36,843 nt of DNA from an uncultured Anaerolinea sp. (lineage in GTDB: Bacteria; Chloroflexota; Anaerolineae; Anaerolineales; Villigracilaceae): assembly GCA_964547115.1 (NCBI GenBank), contig CAZJMZ010000001.1, positions 1 through 36,843 of the forward strand. Reading direction: 5' to 3'. The notes under the pieces were generated by a model. It searched no databases, was not told where the DNA came from, and was given only the letters and a program-made list of their open reading frames with translations. Below, in pieces: positions 1 to 9,752 of the stretch. Each line of letters opens with the position of its first letter. Position 1 is the first letter of the stretch. The translations under genes were made by a program, and so were the position numbers.

Positions 1-236
1 CGAAGTGGCCGGTGATCGAGGGCATCGCGGTTGTACAGCGGATCGGGAAGTTATATCCGAAGACGCCAACGGTGTTGATCGCCTGCACGGCTGCGCACCG
101 CGATACGGGTGTTTTTGAGGCTGCTCGATATGGTATCGACCGGCTTAAGGAGATCGTGCCGGTGTGGAAGAAAGAAGTCAGCCCGGATGGGCAGTATTGG
201 GTTGAAGGGGATTACACGCCCAAGCCCGGTGAGTGA
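1..236 (+). CDS. moaE: Molybdopterin synthase catalytic subunit MoaE (5'-truncated by window edge)
   Basis: Frame open from the window start. C-terminal MoaE motifs AAHR..FEAARYGIDRLKEIVPVWKKE..DG..WV; stop TGA at 234-236. Confidence 0.9.
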   Translation, partial: KWPVIEGIAVVQRIGKLYPKTPTVLIACTAAHRDTGVFEAARYGIDRLKEIVPVWKKEVSPDGQYWVEGDYTPKPGE

Positions 237-384
237 TGAGGTTGTGGCTTGGGCTGGGCGAGCGGTTTGTGAGCAGAGGCAGGCTGGGGCGAGTCAGAGG
301 CGGGGGACCATTTGGGGGCGTGTCTTGCAGGGGATTTCGGGGTTGTAGCACTGCGAAAGTCCAATTTGGTATTGTGAGGAGCGC

Positions 385-1620
385 ATGGAAAAGGTAGTTA
401 TTACTGGCATGGGGACGGTGAACCCGCTGGGGTTGACGGTGGAAGAGAGTTGGCGCAATGCGGTGAATGGAGTTTCAGGCGTGGGCCCCATTACATTGTT
501 CGATTCGGCGCCATTGAATGTGCATTTTGCGGCTGAGGTGAAGAACTTTGAACCGGACAAGTACATGGACCCGAAAGAGGCCCGACGACGCGACCGGTTC
601 GAGCAGTTGGGTGCGGCTGCGGCGAAGATGGCGCTGGAGGCTTCGGGGTTGGAGATCACCGAGGCGAATTCCGGGCGGACCGGGGTTCTGGTTTCTTCGG
701 CGATCGGGGGCATCAAGTCACTGAGCGATGCAGTCATCACGAATTACACAGAAGGCCCGCGTCGGGTGAGCCCGTTCCTGATCCCCATGTTGATGCCGAA
801 TGGTGCGGCCGGAATGATCGCGATCGATCATCAGATCAAGGGGCCCTGTTTTTCAGTGGCTTCGGCCTGTGCTTCGGGATGCGATGGTATTGGCACGGCC
901 TTGTTGATGTTGAAGGCCGGGATGATCGATGCGGCAGTGACAGGCGCCGCAGAGATGACCATCTGTTCGGTGGGTGTGGCAGCCTTTGACCGGGTGGGAG
1001 CCATGTCGCGTCGTAATGATGATTATTCGATGACGCCTCAGCCGTTCGATAAGAATCGTGATGGTCTGGTGATGGGGGAGGGTGCGGCAGTGCTGGTGCT
1101 GGAGCGCGAGTCTTCGGCCAAAAAGCGTGGCGCGAACATCCTCGCTGAATTGGCCGGTTATGGAGCCACGGCAGATGCCTATCACGTGACAGCGCCGCAC
1201 GAACATGGCGCGGGGGGCGCAGCCGCAATGCGTATGGCGTTGGATTCGGCGCAGGCTAATGATGATGAGTTAGGCTATATCAGCGCGCATGGTACCGGGA
1301 CGCCTTTGAATGATCAATCTGAGACCCGGGCGATCAGGGCAGCGTTCGGCGAGCGAGCCTACCAGATCCCGATCTCCTCCACCAAGTCGATGACGGGGCA
1401 TATGATGGGCGCTACTGGTGCGTTGGAGGCGGTCTTTTGCGTGCAGGCAGTGCGCGAAGGCGTCCTGCCGCCAACCATTCATTATGAAACGCCCGACCCC
1501 GAGTGTGATTTGGATTACATTCCCAATCAGGCCCGTGAGAAGAAGATCAACCTGGCGATCAGCAACGCCTTTGGTTTTGGCGGGCATAATGCAGTGTTGG
1601 CAATCCGCAAATACTCGTAG
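385..1620 (+). CDS. fabF: 3-oxoacyl-ACP synthase II (KAS II)
   Basis: 411 aa. VVITGMG start, catalytic Cys in SACASG, His in SAHGTGT, KSMTGH, SNAFGFGGHNA; SD GAGGAG just upstream. Confidence 0.95.
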   Translation: MEKVVITGMGTVNPLGLTVEESWRNAVNGVSGVGPITLFDSAPLNVHFAAEVKNFEPDKYMDPKEARRRDRFEQLGAAAAKMALEASGLEITEANSGRTGVLVSSAIGGIKSLSDAVITNYTEGPRRVSPFLIPMLMPNGAAGMIAIDHQIKGPCFSVASACASGCDGIGTALLMLKAGMIDAAVTGAAEMTICSVGVAAFDRVGAMSRRNDDYSMTPQPFDKNRDGLVMGEGAAVLVLERESSAKKRGANILAELAGYGATADAYHVTAPHEHGAGGAAAMRMALDSAQANDDELGYISAHGTGTPLNDQSETRAIRAAFGERAYQIPISSTKSMTGHMMGATGALEAVFCVQAVREGVLPPTIHYETPDPECDLDYIPNQAREKKINLAISNAFGFGGHNAVLAIRKYS

Positions 1621-1643
1621 GCAAACTGCCTGGAACGCAGATC

Positions 1644-1675
1644 AAAAGCCGACCCATAGCAGGGGTCGGCTTTTT
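1644..1675. terminator. Bidirectional intrinsic terminator between convergent fabF and EamA genes
   Basis: AAAAGCCGACCC-atagcag-GGGTCGGCTTTTT: 12-bp inverted repeat with A/T tracts on both sides. Confidence 0.85.
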
Positions 1676-1700
1676 GTGTAGTAGGCGGCCTGGTTGAATA

Positions 1701-2678
1701 TTAGTGTTTGTAGAAATCAGCAGGGAAGTCAGGCGGCTGCAAGAAGCTGAGCAGCCCATGGGTGTGGATGGGATGCGTGGCCGGCTTTTCGAACCAGACC
1801 AGTAACAGGCTGATGCCAAGTCCCGCCATGCCAAGCCATTGCCAGCCTGTCAGCGTTTCACCAAGAATAAGATGACTGAAGAGCACGGCCACCAGTAATT
1901 CTCCCAAGCCGAGTATGGCGGTCTGCATGCCACCGATATGCTTGACGCCGGTGAACAGCAAGACCCGCGAGAGGAAGGTCACCAGCGTGAGGCCCAGCAC
2001 CGGGAGCCAGTTGGGCGTTGCCGTGGGTATGGAACGGTCGAAGATGAGGTAGGCAGGGATCACAATAATACTCATGGCAAAGAGTGTGTACATGGCCACG
2101 GTCGGGGCGGGCACATCGAACAGCACGCGCTGATTGACAGGAATATGAAAAGCATACAGCGCAGCGGCGATAAGCATGAAGGCCACGCCCCACATATCGA
2201 TCGAGACTGCAGCAGTGCGGGTAAGTAGAAAAGCCGAAAAGCCCGCGATCACCATGCGGCCCACGGTGAGGCGCGAAGGCGTCTGGTGGTCCAGTCGCAG
2301 CCACAGCGCTACAAAGAATGGGTAGAGTGCGTACAGCATCTGCGCTACACTGGCATTCAAACGGCTCAAGCCCATGTAATAAAAGATCGATCCCAGCCCA
2401 TTGATCCCACCTGCCAGCGCACAGCCCAGCAGGCCCGCCGGGTAAATATATAACGCCTTGCGATTAAAGATGGTCATGATGGCGAGCAACAAGATGGCGG
2501 CCATGCCTGTTCGAACCGCCACCACAGCCAGCGGTGAGAATTGTCCTGGTCCCATGGCGGCTTTGCCGAATACGGGCGCCAGCCCCAGAAAGAACGCTGA
2601 GACGAGCGCCGCACTGATCCCCGTGAATCGGACTTTTTGTTGCATTTGGTTGCTTTGCCTTGAAAAAAGATTGGACAC
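1701..2678 (-). CDS. DMT/EamA-family transporter
   Basis: 325 aa, about 10 hydrophobic segments in two repeats; motifs YYMGLSRLNASVAQMLYALYPFFV and LGETLTGWQWLG. Start may instead be the ATG at 2645. Confidence 0.85.
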   Translation of the reverse strand: MSNLFSRQSNQMQQKVRFTGISAALVSAFFLGLAPVFGKAAMGPGQFSPLAVVAVRTGMAAILLLAIMTIFNRKALYIYPAGLLGCALAGGINGLGSIFYYMGLSRLNASVAQMLYALYPFFVALWLRLDHQTPSRLTVGRMVIAGFSAFLLTRTAAVSIDMWGVAFMLIAAALYAFHIPVNQRVLFDVPAPTVAMYTLFAMSIIVIPAYLIFDRSIPTATPNWLPVLGLTLVTFLSRVLLFTGVKHIGGMQTAILGLGELLVAVLFSHLILGETLTGWQWLGMAGLGISLLLVWFEKPATHPIHTHGLLSFLQPPDFPADFYKH

Positions 2679-2814
2679 GCCGCTTCCTGCGCCCGACCGG
2701 CTGGTTCGTGAACCTGAACCTTTACCTGACCTTGCGATGCTTCACCGTGTCCAATGGTAGTCTGCGGCACCTTGTGGGCGCGGCAGTGTAAAAGGCTTTG
2801 ATACCCAAAGTATA

Positions 2815-4491
2815 CTATCGAATAAGCGAGCGGACCTCTTCCAGAAACTCATCATTCAGAAAGTCGCCCTTCATCATCAGTGACTGGATCTGTCCCTGCA
2901 GGCGGCTTTTCTCATCCACTGTCAGTTCTTTGGCGGTGGCTACGATCACCGGGATGTTGGCGGTCTCGTTTTTACTGCGCAAGGCATCAAGCACGGCAAA
3001 GCCATCCACTTCGGGCATCATCAGGTCAAGGATCACAAGGTCGGGCAGTTCACGCGAGATGAGATCGATGGCTTCCTTGCCGTTGGTGGCTTCGAAGATC
3101 TCGAAATCACCCTGCGATTGTAGAATGCGGCGGATCAACCGGCGCGCTTCAGCGGTGTCATCCACCACGGCCACGCGGGGGAACCGATTCGGCGTGACGT
3201 TATTAAGCGCCGAGAGCAGGCCTTCCTGCGGGGTGGGGGCTTCCTCCTGCTTTTCGCGCAGATCCACATCGCGGGTCCAGCCTTCGCTGAAGAGGAACTG
3301 CTCGGCAGGCAGCGTGTGCCCGGTGCAATTGACCACCACAGTATCGGTCGGTTTGATGATGCCCGCCCGCACCAGTTTGAACAACCCGGCAAAGGCCACC
3401 CCTGAGGCGGGCTCAGCTGAAATCCCCTCCATCTTGGCCAGCACATGCATGGCCCGGAAGGCGTCTTCGTCGCTGACGCTTTCGAACACCCCGCCTGTCT
3501 CATTGACCTGTGAACGCAACATCGTATAGGTGCGGCCGGGGTCGCCTGTGGCGAGCGTTTCGATGCGTGTCTTGGGGGAAAGCACGGGCTCAGCTTTTTC
3601 GAGTCCCTTGCGCCAGCTCAAAACCATGGGGGCACACCCATCCACTTGGATCGGCACAATGGCAGGAATGCGGTCGATCAGCCCCAGTGCCTTCAGTTCC
3701 TTGAAGCCTTTGTATACGCCCAGCGGACCCATCCCGCCACTGATGGCCTGAATATAGTAATCGGGCGTGCGCCATTTGGGCCTTTCCCTGGTCGAACCGG
3801 CGGCCGGGCCAAGGGTGAGCGTCAATTGCTCGGCGATCTCAAAGGCGATCGTCTTCATCGCTTCCACAGCGGTGACGGTGCGGGCGCCCATATCCTGATA
3901 CAACCCGCGTTGGCGGGCGAATTCGGCTGCAACTTGCTTGGCCTGATCATAAGACCCGGTGATCTTTACCACCTGACTGCCATACAAGGCAATCTCGCGC
4001 ATCTTCACCCCCGGCACCAGGCTGGTGACAAATGCCCATAGCTTGATCCCTGCCCGGGCCGCGTACGCGGAAAGTGCAATCGCCACATTCCCCGTGGAGG
4101 CAGCCACCATCTCGGTCACGCCGCCCTCTTTGAGTGCGGCAATGGTCACCGAAGCCTGTCGGTCTTTGAACGAGGAAGTAGGACCCTGGCGTTCGTCCTT
4201 GATATACAGATTGGGGAGCCCCAGCATCATGCCGAGATTGGCGGCCTGGATCAGGGGGGTACCGCCCTCTCCCAGGCGCAGGCTGGGGTTGGGATTCTTG
4301 ATAGGCAGCAGTTCGCGGTACCGCCACAGATCGAAGGGCCGGTCTTTGATGGCGGAGGGGAATGTATTGGCTACCTCCTCCAGATCGTATTGCGCTTCGC
4401 GCCACTGGCTGTTGCATTGCGGGCAATGCATGGAACTCGGGTTGAACGGTGCGGCGTGTCCGCAATCGAGACATTTAATGACAAAGGACAT
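2815..4491 (-). CDS. Threonine-synthase-like PLP-dependent enzyme with N-terminal Zn ribbon and C-terminal receiver (REC) domain
   Basis: CLDC..CPQC, LWRYRELLP, LGEGGTPL, PLP-lysine motif PTSSFKDR, ASTGN, EGISAEPASG, VVNCTG. Then a REC domain (about 2815-3180): VVDD...LDLMMPEVDG...VATA...MMKG. Confidence 0.88.
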   Translation of the reverse strand: MSFVIKCLDCGHAAPFNPSSMHCPQCNSQWREAQYDLEEVANTFPSAIKDRPFDLWRYRELLPIKNPNPSLRLGEGGTPLIQAANLGMMLGLPNLYIKDERQGPTSSFKDRQASVTIAALKEGGVTEMVAASTGNVAIALSAYAARAGIKLWAFVTSLVPGVKMREIALYGSQVVKITGSYDQAKQVAAEFARQRGLYQDMGARTVTAVEAMKTIAFEIAEQLTLTLGPAAGSTRERPKWRTPDYYIQAISGGMGPLGVYKGFKELKALGLIDRIPAIVPIQVDGCAPMVLSWRKGLEKAEPVLSPKTRIETLATGDPGRTYTMLRSQVNETGGVFESVSDEDAFRAMHVLAKMEGISAEPASGVAFAGLFKLVRAGIIKPTDTVVVNCTGHTLPAEQFLFSEGWTRDVDLREKQEEAPTPQEGLLSALNNVTPNRFPRVAVVDDTAEARRLIRRILQSQGDFEIFEATNGKEAIDLISRELPDLVILDLMMPEVDGFAVLDALRSKNETANIPVIVATAKELTVDEKSRLQGQIQSLMMKGDFLNDEFLEEVRSLIR

Positions 4492-4526
4492 CAGGGTCTT
4501 CCCTTTAGGGTATGGGTCAAATCGGT

Positions 4527-7500
4527 TTACCCGATCCGTTTTAGGGCTTCTTCTATGCTGGCGATCAACTCGCCGGTAGCCAGGGTGCCTTTGGTGATCA
4601 GGCGCTGGCCATATTCTGCCAATTGTTTTTGCTGGTCGCTGCTCAGTCCGTCACCGCTGACCACCAGTACGGGCAGGTCGTGCAGGTCAGGGGTGGCGCG
4701 CAATTTCTCTAGAATGGTGAAACCATCCATATCTGGCATGAAGATATCGAGGATAACGGCTTGCGGGCGGGGTGTGCTATTGAGCGCCTCCCAGCCTTTG
4801 CGCCCGCCCTCGGCCAGAATGGGATTATACCTGCCCTGTTCGCGAAGGATCTTTTCGATCAGGCGCAGGTCGTTGGGGTCGTCATCGATGACCAGCACTT
4901 CATGGATGTCGCCGTTCTTGTTGAGCCGGTTGACCGAGTTGACCAGGTCTTCTTCGAGGATGGGTTTGACGAGGTAGTCTGAAGCGCCGAGGTTGAAGCC
5001 TTTATCTGTCTGTTCGATGATGGAACAGATGACGACAGGCACCTGCCTGGTTTCAGGGTCAGTTTTGAGCGTATTGAGAAGCGTCCAGCCATCCAGGTTG
5101 GGCATCATAATGTCAAGCGTCACTGCGTGCGGTTTGAGTTCAAGGATCTTGGCGCGAGCTTGCGAGGCATCGGTCAACGCGACAACGTAGTAGCCCTGCG
5201 GGTTGAGGTAGCGCTCATAGAGGCTGATGACCTGCGGGTCGTCGTCGATGGCCAGGATGATCTTGCGGTCCTGCGGAATTTCCTCCACTGGCTGGTGGAA
5301 CAGCGGCAGCGTGAACCAGAAGGTGGAGCCTTTGCCTTCGGCGCTGGTGACCCCGATGCGCCCGCCATGCAACTGCACGAGGTTGGCGCAGATGGAGAGA
5401 CCGAGGCCTGAACCGCCTGTCTTGCGCGTGGCCGAACCATCCACTTGCGAAAAGGCCTTGAAGAGTTTGGCCTGGCCTTCTTCTGTGATGCCGGGGCCGG
5501 TATCGACCACACGGATGATGGCCTCGGGTTTGCCGTTAGGCCCGGTCTGCACGGCGGACTCAACTGTGATGGAGCCTTCGTCTGTGAACTTGGAAGCGTT
5601 CGAGAGCAGGTTGATCATCACCTGGCGCACGCGCATGGTATCGCCGCGCACGGTGGGCATATCGGCCGGGATGCGCTCGACCAGTTGGATGGGCTTTTCT
5701 TTCACCAGGCCCTTGGCCGTGGAGAGCACGCTGTGGACCATATCCGAGAGTTTGAGCTCTTCGAAATTGAGTTCCATCTTGCCGGCTTCGATGCGGGCCA
5801 GGTCGAGAATGTCGTTGATCAGGCCGAGCAGGTGCTGGCCTGAATTGTAGATGGCAGTGAGATCCTGGTGTTGCATATCGGTCACGGGGCCGTCGATGCC
5901 TTTGAGGATCACCCGTGAAAAACCGATGATCGAGTTCAACGGTGTGCGCAGTTCATGGCTCATGTTGGCCAGGAACTGGCTCTTGAGTTGGTCGAGTTCC
6001 TGCAATTCCTTAATGAGCTCCTGTGAACGCAGGTAAGATGAAGCGTTATCAATAGCGATGGCGACCTGGTCGGCGAGCGATTGCAGCACTGAGAGTTCGT
6101 CCTGGGTAAAGGCATTCAGGTCTTTGGATTGGATGTCGATCACGCCGACCTTGCGCTCTCCCACGCGCAGCGGGATGGCCGCCTGCGATTGCGTATCCAG
6201 CAAGAGTGGATTCGGCTGGTAGAGCGGCTCAAGGCGGATGTCGTTCGCGACTCGGGCCTCGCCGGTATCTGCCACCTGTCCGATCAGCGTTTGCGACCCG
6301 ACCGCCACGCTATACCGCTGCGATTTCATCTTCTCCCCAGCTTCGCCCTTGGCTTCCCGCAGCGTGGCATGGAAGCCGGTCTCATCGATCACGTAAATGG
6401 CGGCGAAGTAGAACCCGAAGCGTTCACCGATCAGGCTGACGGTGCGGGTGAAGATGGTGTTCAGGTCAAGCGTGGATGTTACGAGGCGGCCGATCTCTGA
6501 TGAAGCCGCCAGATAGGTGTTGCGGCGTTGTAAAATATCTTCAGCGTTCTTGCGCTCCGTGATGTCCTGATGTACAGCCAGGAAGCCGATGATCTTGCCG
6601 CCTTCATCCAGGATTGGGCTGTTCGTGCCTGCAACAGGAATGAGCGTGCCGTCCTTTTTGCGGTTCATCAACTCGCCGGTGATGGTGCCGCCAGCGAGGA
6701 GCGTTTCCCAGAATTGTTTATATCCATCGGCTGGAATCAGGCCAGAGCGAATGATGCGCGGTGTGTTGCCGATGGCTTCACTGGGCTTGTAGCCATAGAC
6801 CTTCTCGAAAGCCGGGTTGGCATATTGAATGATCCCGTCGAGATCGGTGATGAACACGGCGTTGTCGGAGCGGTCGATGCCCAGTTTGAATTTTTGGATC
6901 TCACGTTCCGCCTGGAAGCGTTCGATGGCCGATGAAATTTGTGGTGCAAGCAAACCAAGGATCTCGCGATGCTTTTCGGTGATCCGAGTGGCTGGATCGT
7001 AGGTTTGAATGGCGACCACGCCTGAAATGACCTGCTTGGAGCGGAGCGGCACACCCAGCCAATCGATGTTTCGCACGCCGTCGTTAATGATCTCGCCAGA
7101 AGCTTCCATTTCGGCATAGATCTCCGGTGTGGTGCGCAGCGCGCGCCCAGTACGGATAATGTAGCTTGTCAGGCCTCGGCCCAATTTGCGGGGAGTCCAG
7201 TCGGTATCGTACTCGTCAGCAGCATACGGGAAGGTGATCAGGCCGGAGGCTGCATCGTAAAGCGCCACATAGAAGTTGGAGGCCGGGACCAGGGTCTGGA
7301 TTGAACCGTGTACGGCGCTTAACAACTCTTCCAGGGTTTTGGAGGTAAGCGCGCTTTCAGAAATTTGGGTGATCGCTGCCTGGGTTAGTTCATTGATCTT
7401 GCGGTCGGTAATGTCCTGTGAAGAGCCAGCCAGTTTGAGCGGAGCACCATCCGCGTTTCGTTCCACTTTGTAAGTGGAGCTTACCCAGATCACGCGTCCA

Positions 7501-9752
7501 TCGGCTGTCTTGTAGCGCACCTCGGATGTCGGCCCGCCACTGCTCTCGGATCGACCATTGACGGACTCTTCCACCGCCTTGACAGCCACCGGGATGTCCT
7601 CCGCCACTACAAACTTTTCCAGGCTTTGTTGCAGTGCAAACTGGTATCCGCCCTCGCGTTCGACTGAAGTGCTTAACAAGGTGAATAATTCATCGGTGAG
7701 GGTGATCTGTTGGGTGGGCCAATCGATCTCGAAGTAACCGATGCGTGCGATCTGCAGGGCTTCTGAAAGCTGGCTCTGGCTCTCAGTAATTTCCTGGAAC
7801 AGGCGGCGGTTTTCCAATTCTGCTGAGCGCCGCTGCAGCGCGCCGGTGAGGATCTCACCCACAAGCCGCAGCATGTTGATATCTTGTTCGCCCCAGATCT
7901 TGGGCTGTCTGACCGAATCAAAACCGATAAAGCCACGTGTCTGGCCGAACAACTGAATGGGCACACAGATGATGGATTGAATGCGCTCACGCAAAAGTTC
8001 CTCCCGGTCAACGGCAGCCTCCTCCGGCAGGTTTTTGACGCTGGGAGCGTAGAAGATCTCGCGTTTTTGGAGCCGCGCCATTGTATACGGCAGCACGTTG
8101 GTGGGCACATTACGGAAGTCGTTGATAAACGATTCGATGCCCGCATCCACCCATTCATGGGTATTATCCATGGTCTGGCCGTCTTCTGAAAATTGGAAGA
8201 GGTAGGCGCGGTCGATGCGCGAGAATTCTGCGATGCGTTGCAGGGCCAGGTTGATCTGGTAATCCACCTCGTCCACTGCCACGTTCACGAAGCCTGAAGA
8301 AATCTGGCTGACGAGGTTGTCAATGGCTGCGTTGTATTGCGTATTCTCGAACAGGCGGGCGTTCTGAATGGCGATGGCGGCTTGCGGTGTGAAGGCTTTC
8401 ACCAGTTCAGCCACCTCCGGGTTGTAGGCATTCGCCTGGTTGTCATCGAGGATCAGGATGCCAATGACATCCGTGCCGGCCAGCAAAGGTGCGCCCAACC
8501 ATGAGTGGATCGATTCGGTCTCGGGTAGGACTTCCCAGCGACTGTCGTTGTAGGTGTCGCCAATGATGACAATCTCGCGCTGCCGGACAATTTCAGAGAT
8601 CAGGGCGTCATCTTCGACCCGGCGCAGAAAATACTCTGAAGGGGCCTCGAGTGTTCGGGTGCGGTCCTTGTCTTTGGAGATGCCGCCGATCTGCCTTCGG
8701 AGTCCGTCAGCTTCGATCAATTGGATGGAGGCTGTCCGGAATGTGACCAGCTGCGGCAATTGCTCCAGCAGACGGTTCACAACATCGCTCAGGTTGAGCG
8801 ATGAACTGGCAATTCGTGCCAACTCTGAAAGCGTATCCGCTATCTGGCGGCGGTATTGTTCCTGTTGATACAGACGGGCGTTTTCAATGGCGATCGCTGT
8901 CTGGCGGGAGAGGCTGATGAGAAAATTCAGTTCGGCGGGGGTGAACTCCTTGCCTTCGCCAGTGCGCCAGACAGCCATCAGACCAGTTACACGGTCCACT
9001 GAAAGGATGGGCACGCCCATGATATGTTCATGTGGAGACAAGGTTGTACCTGCGACCGGGATGGTTTCTGGAATCGCTGCTGCGTCATTCACGATACGCC
9101 CGGCCTGGGTTTGAATGATGTTCCCTAAAATGCCTTTGCCTGTCAGAACAGTATCTTGCTTGATGGCTTCTGAATCCAGCCCAATAGCTGAGATGGCTCT
9201 CCACTCAGAGTCTTGTGGGTTTGGCAAGTAAACGGCGCTGCTCTCGGCTTGGAGCAGTTCCAGGGCATAGCTGGCGATCTTATCGAGCACGGCTTCGAGC
9301 GCGAGGGTGGCCGAGATCTCACGGCCTACTTCAGCAAGCGCGGTCATTTCCTGAGCGCGGCGCTGGGCTTCATTGAAGAGACGGGCGTTTTCCAATGCCA
9401 GTGAGAGTTGGTCGGCCACTTGTTGGACGAGCAGTCGCTCTTCGTCGGTCCACACGCGTTGGTTGGAATCGTCGAGGACTTGCAGCGCCCAATCCTCCTG
9501 GCCGGATTGAAAGGCGAGTGCGAGAGCGGTATCAGAGACGGGTTGGGCTTTGGCGGGGCGAACTTCGCGCACCCGAGCCGGGCGCTGTATGGTGGGGGAG
9601 GCGGTCTCAGCGGAGATCGGTTGCAGGGGTTCAGGAGCAATTTCGGGGGCGGCCTGAAGCGGACGCGAAGCGGAGTCCGCGCCCGGGGTGACAGGCTGTA
9701 GATCGTCAAACAGTTTACCGAGTCGTTTGGCGATTGGCTTCTTCTTTGGCAT
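4527..9752 (-). CDS. Soluble hybrid histidine kinase: half-GAF, about 5 GAF, 2 PAS, HisKA, HATPase, 2 REC
   Basis: H-box FLANMSHELRTPLN, N-box NLLSNASKFT, G1 DTGPGI, F-box, G2 GGSGLGL. Repeated GAF ends (AIAIENARL), PAS/PAC ends (QDITDRK, QDITERK), two RECs (LDIMMP, LDIFMP). No transmembrane segment seen. Confidence 0.95.
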   Translation of the reverse strand: MPKKKPIAKRLGKLFDDLQPVTPGADSASRPLQAAPEIAPEPLQPISAETASPTIQRPARVREVRPAKAQPVSDTALALAFQSGQEDWALQVLDDSNQRVWTDEERLLVQQVADQLSLALENARLFNEAQRRAQEMTALAEVGREISATLALEAVLDKIASYALELLQAESSAVYLPNPQDSEWRAISAIGLDSEAIKQDTVLTGKGILGNIIQTQAGRIVNDAAAIPETIPVAGTTLSPHEHIMGVPILSVDRVTGLMAVWRTGEGKEFTPAELNFLISLSRQTAIAIENARLYQQEQYRRQIADTLSELARIASSSLNLSDVVNRLLEQLPQLVTFRTASIQLIEADGLRRQIGGISKDKDRTRTLEAPSEYFLRRVEDDALISEIVRQREIVIIGDTYNDSRWEVLPETESIHSWLGAPLLAGTDVIGILILDDNQANAYNPEVAELVKAFTPQAAIAIQNARLFENTQYNAAIDNLVSQISSGFVNVAVDEVDYQINLALQRIAEFSRIDRAYLFQFSEDGQTMDNTHEWVDAGIESFINDFRNVPTNVLPYTMARLQKREIFYAPSVKNLPEEAAVDREELLRERIQSIICVPIQLFGQTRGFIGFDSVRQPKIWGEQDINMLRLVGEILTGALQRRSAELENRRLFQEITESQSQLSEALQIARIGYFEIDWPTQQITLTDELFTLLSTSVEREGGYQFALQQSLEKFVVAEDIPVAVKAVEESVNGRSESSGGPTSEVRYKTADGRVIWVSSTYKVERNADGAPLKLAGSSQDITDRKINELTQAAITQISESALTSKTLEELLSAVHGSIQTLVPASNFYVALYDAASGLITFPYAADEYDTDWTPRKLGRGLTSYIIRTGRALRTTPEIYAEMEASGEIINDGVRNIDWLGVPLRSKQVISGVVAIQTYDPATRITEKHREILGLLAPQISSAIERFQAEREIQKFKLGIDRSDNAVFITDLDGIIQYANPAFEKVYGYKPSEAIGNTPRIIRSGLIPADGYKQFWETLLAGGTITGELMNRKKDGTLIPVAGTNSPILDEGGKIIGFLAVHQDITERKNAEDILQRRNTYLAASSEIGRLVTSTLDLNTIFTRTVSLIGERFGFYFAAIYVIDETGFHATLREAKGEAGEKMKSQRYSVAVGSQTLIGQVADTGEARVANDIRLEPLYQPNPLLLDTQSQAAIPLRVGERKVGVIDIQSKDLNAFTQDELSVLQSLADQVAIAIDNASSYLRSQELIKELQELDQLKSQFLANMSHELRTPLNSIIGFSRVILKGIDGPVTDMQHQDLTAIYNSGQHLLGLINDILDLARIEAGKMELNFEELKLSDMVHSVLSTAKGLVKEKPIQLVERIPADMPTVRGDTMRVRQVMINLLSNASKFTDEGSITVESAVQTGPNGKPEAIIRVVDTGPGITEEGQAKLFKAFSQVDGSATRKTGGSGLGLSICANLVQLHGGRIGVTSAEGKGSTFWFTLPLFHQPVEEIPQDRKIILAIDDDPQVISLYERYLNPQGYYVVALTDASQARAKILELKPHAVTLDIMMPNLDGWTLLNTLKTDPETRQVPVVICSIIEQTDKGFNLGASDYLVKPILEEDLVNSVNRLNKNGDIHEVLVIDDDPNDLRLIEKILREQGRYNPILAEGGRKGWEALNSTPRPQAVILDIFMPDMDGFTILEKLRATPDLHDLPVLVVSGDGLSSDQQKQLAEYGQRLITKGTLATGELIASIEEALKRIG

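Noticed and set aside
2780-2815. Terminator or promoter between the PLP enzyme and EamA genes (CTTTG/CAAAG hairpin; TACACT and TATACT hexamers)
   Set aside because: The stem is only 5-6 weak bp and there is no matching -35; too weak to call.
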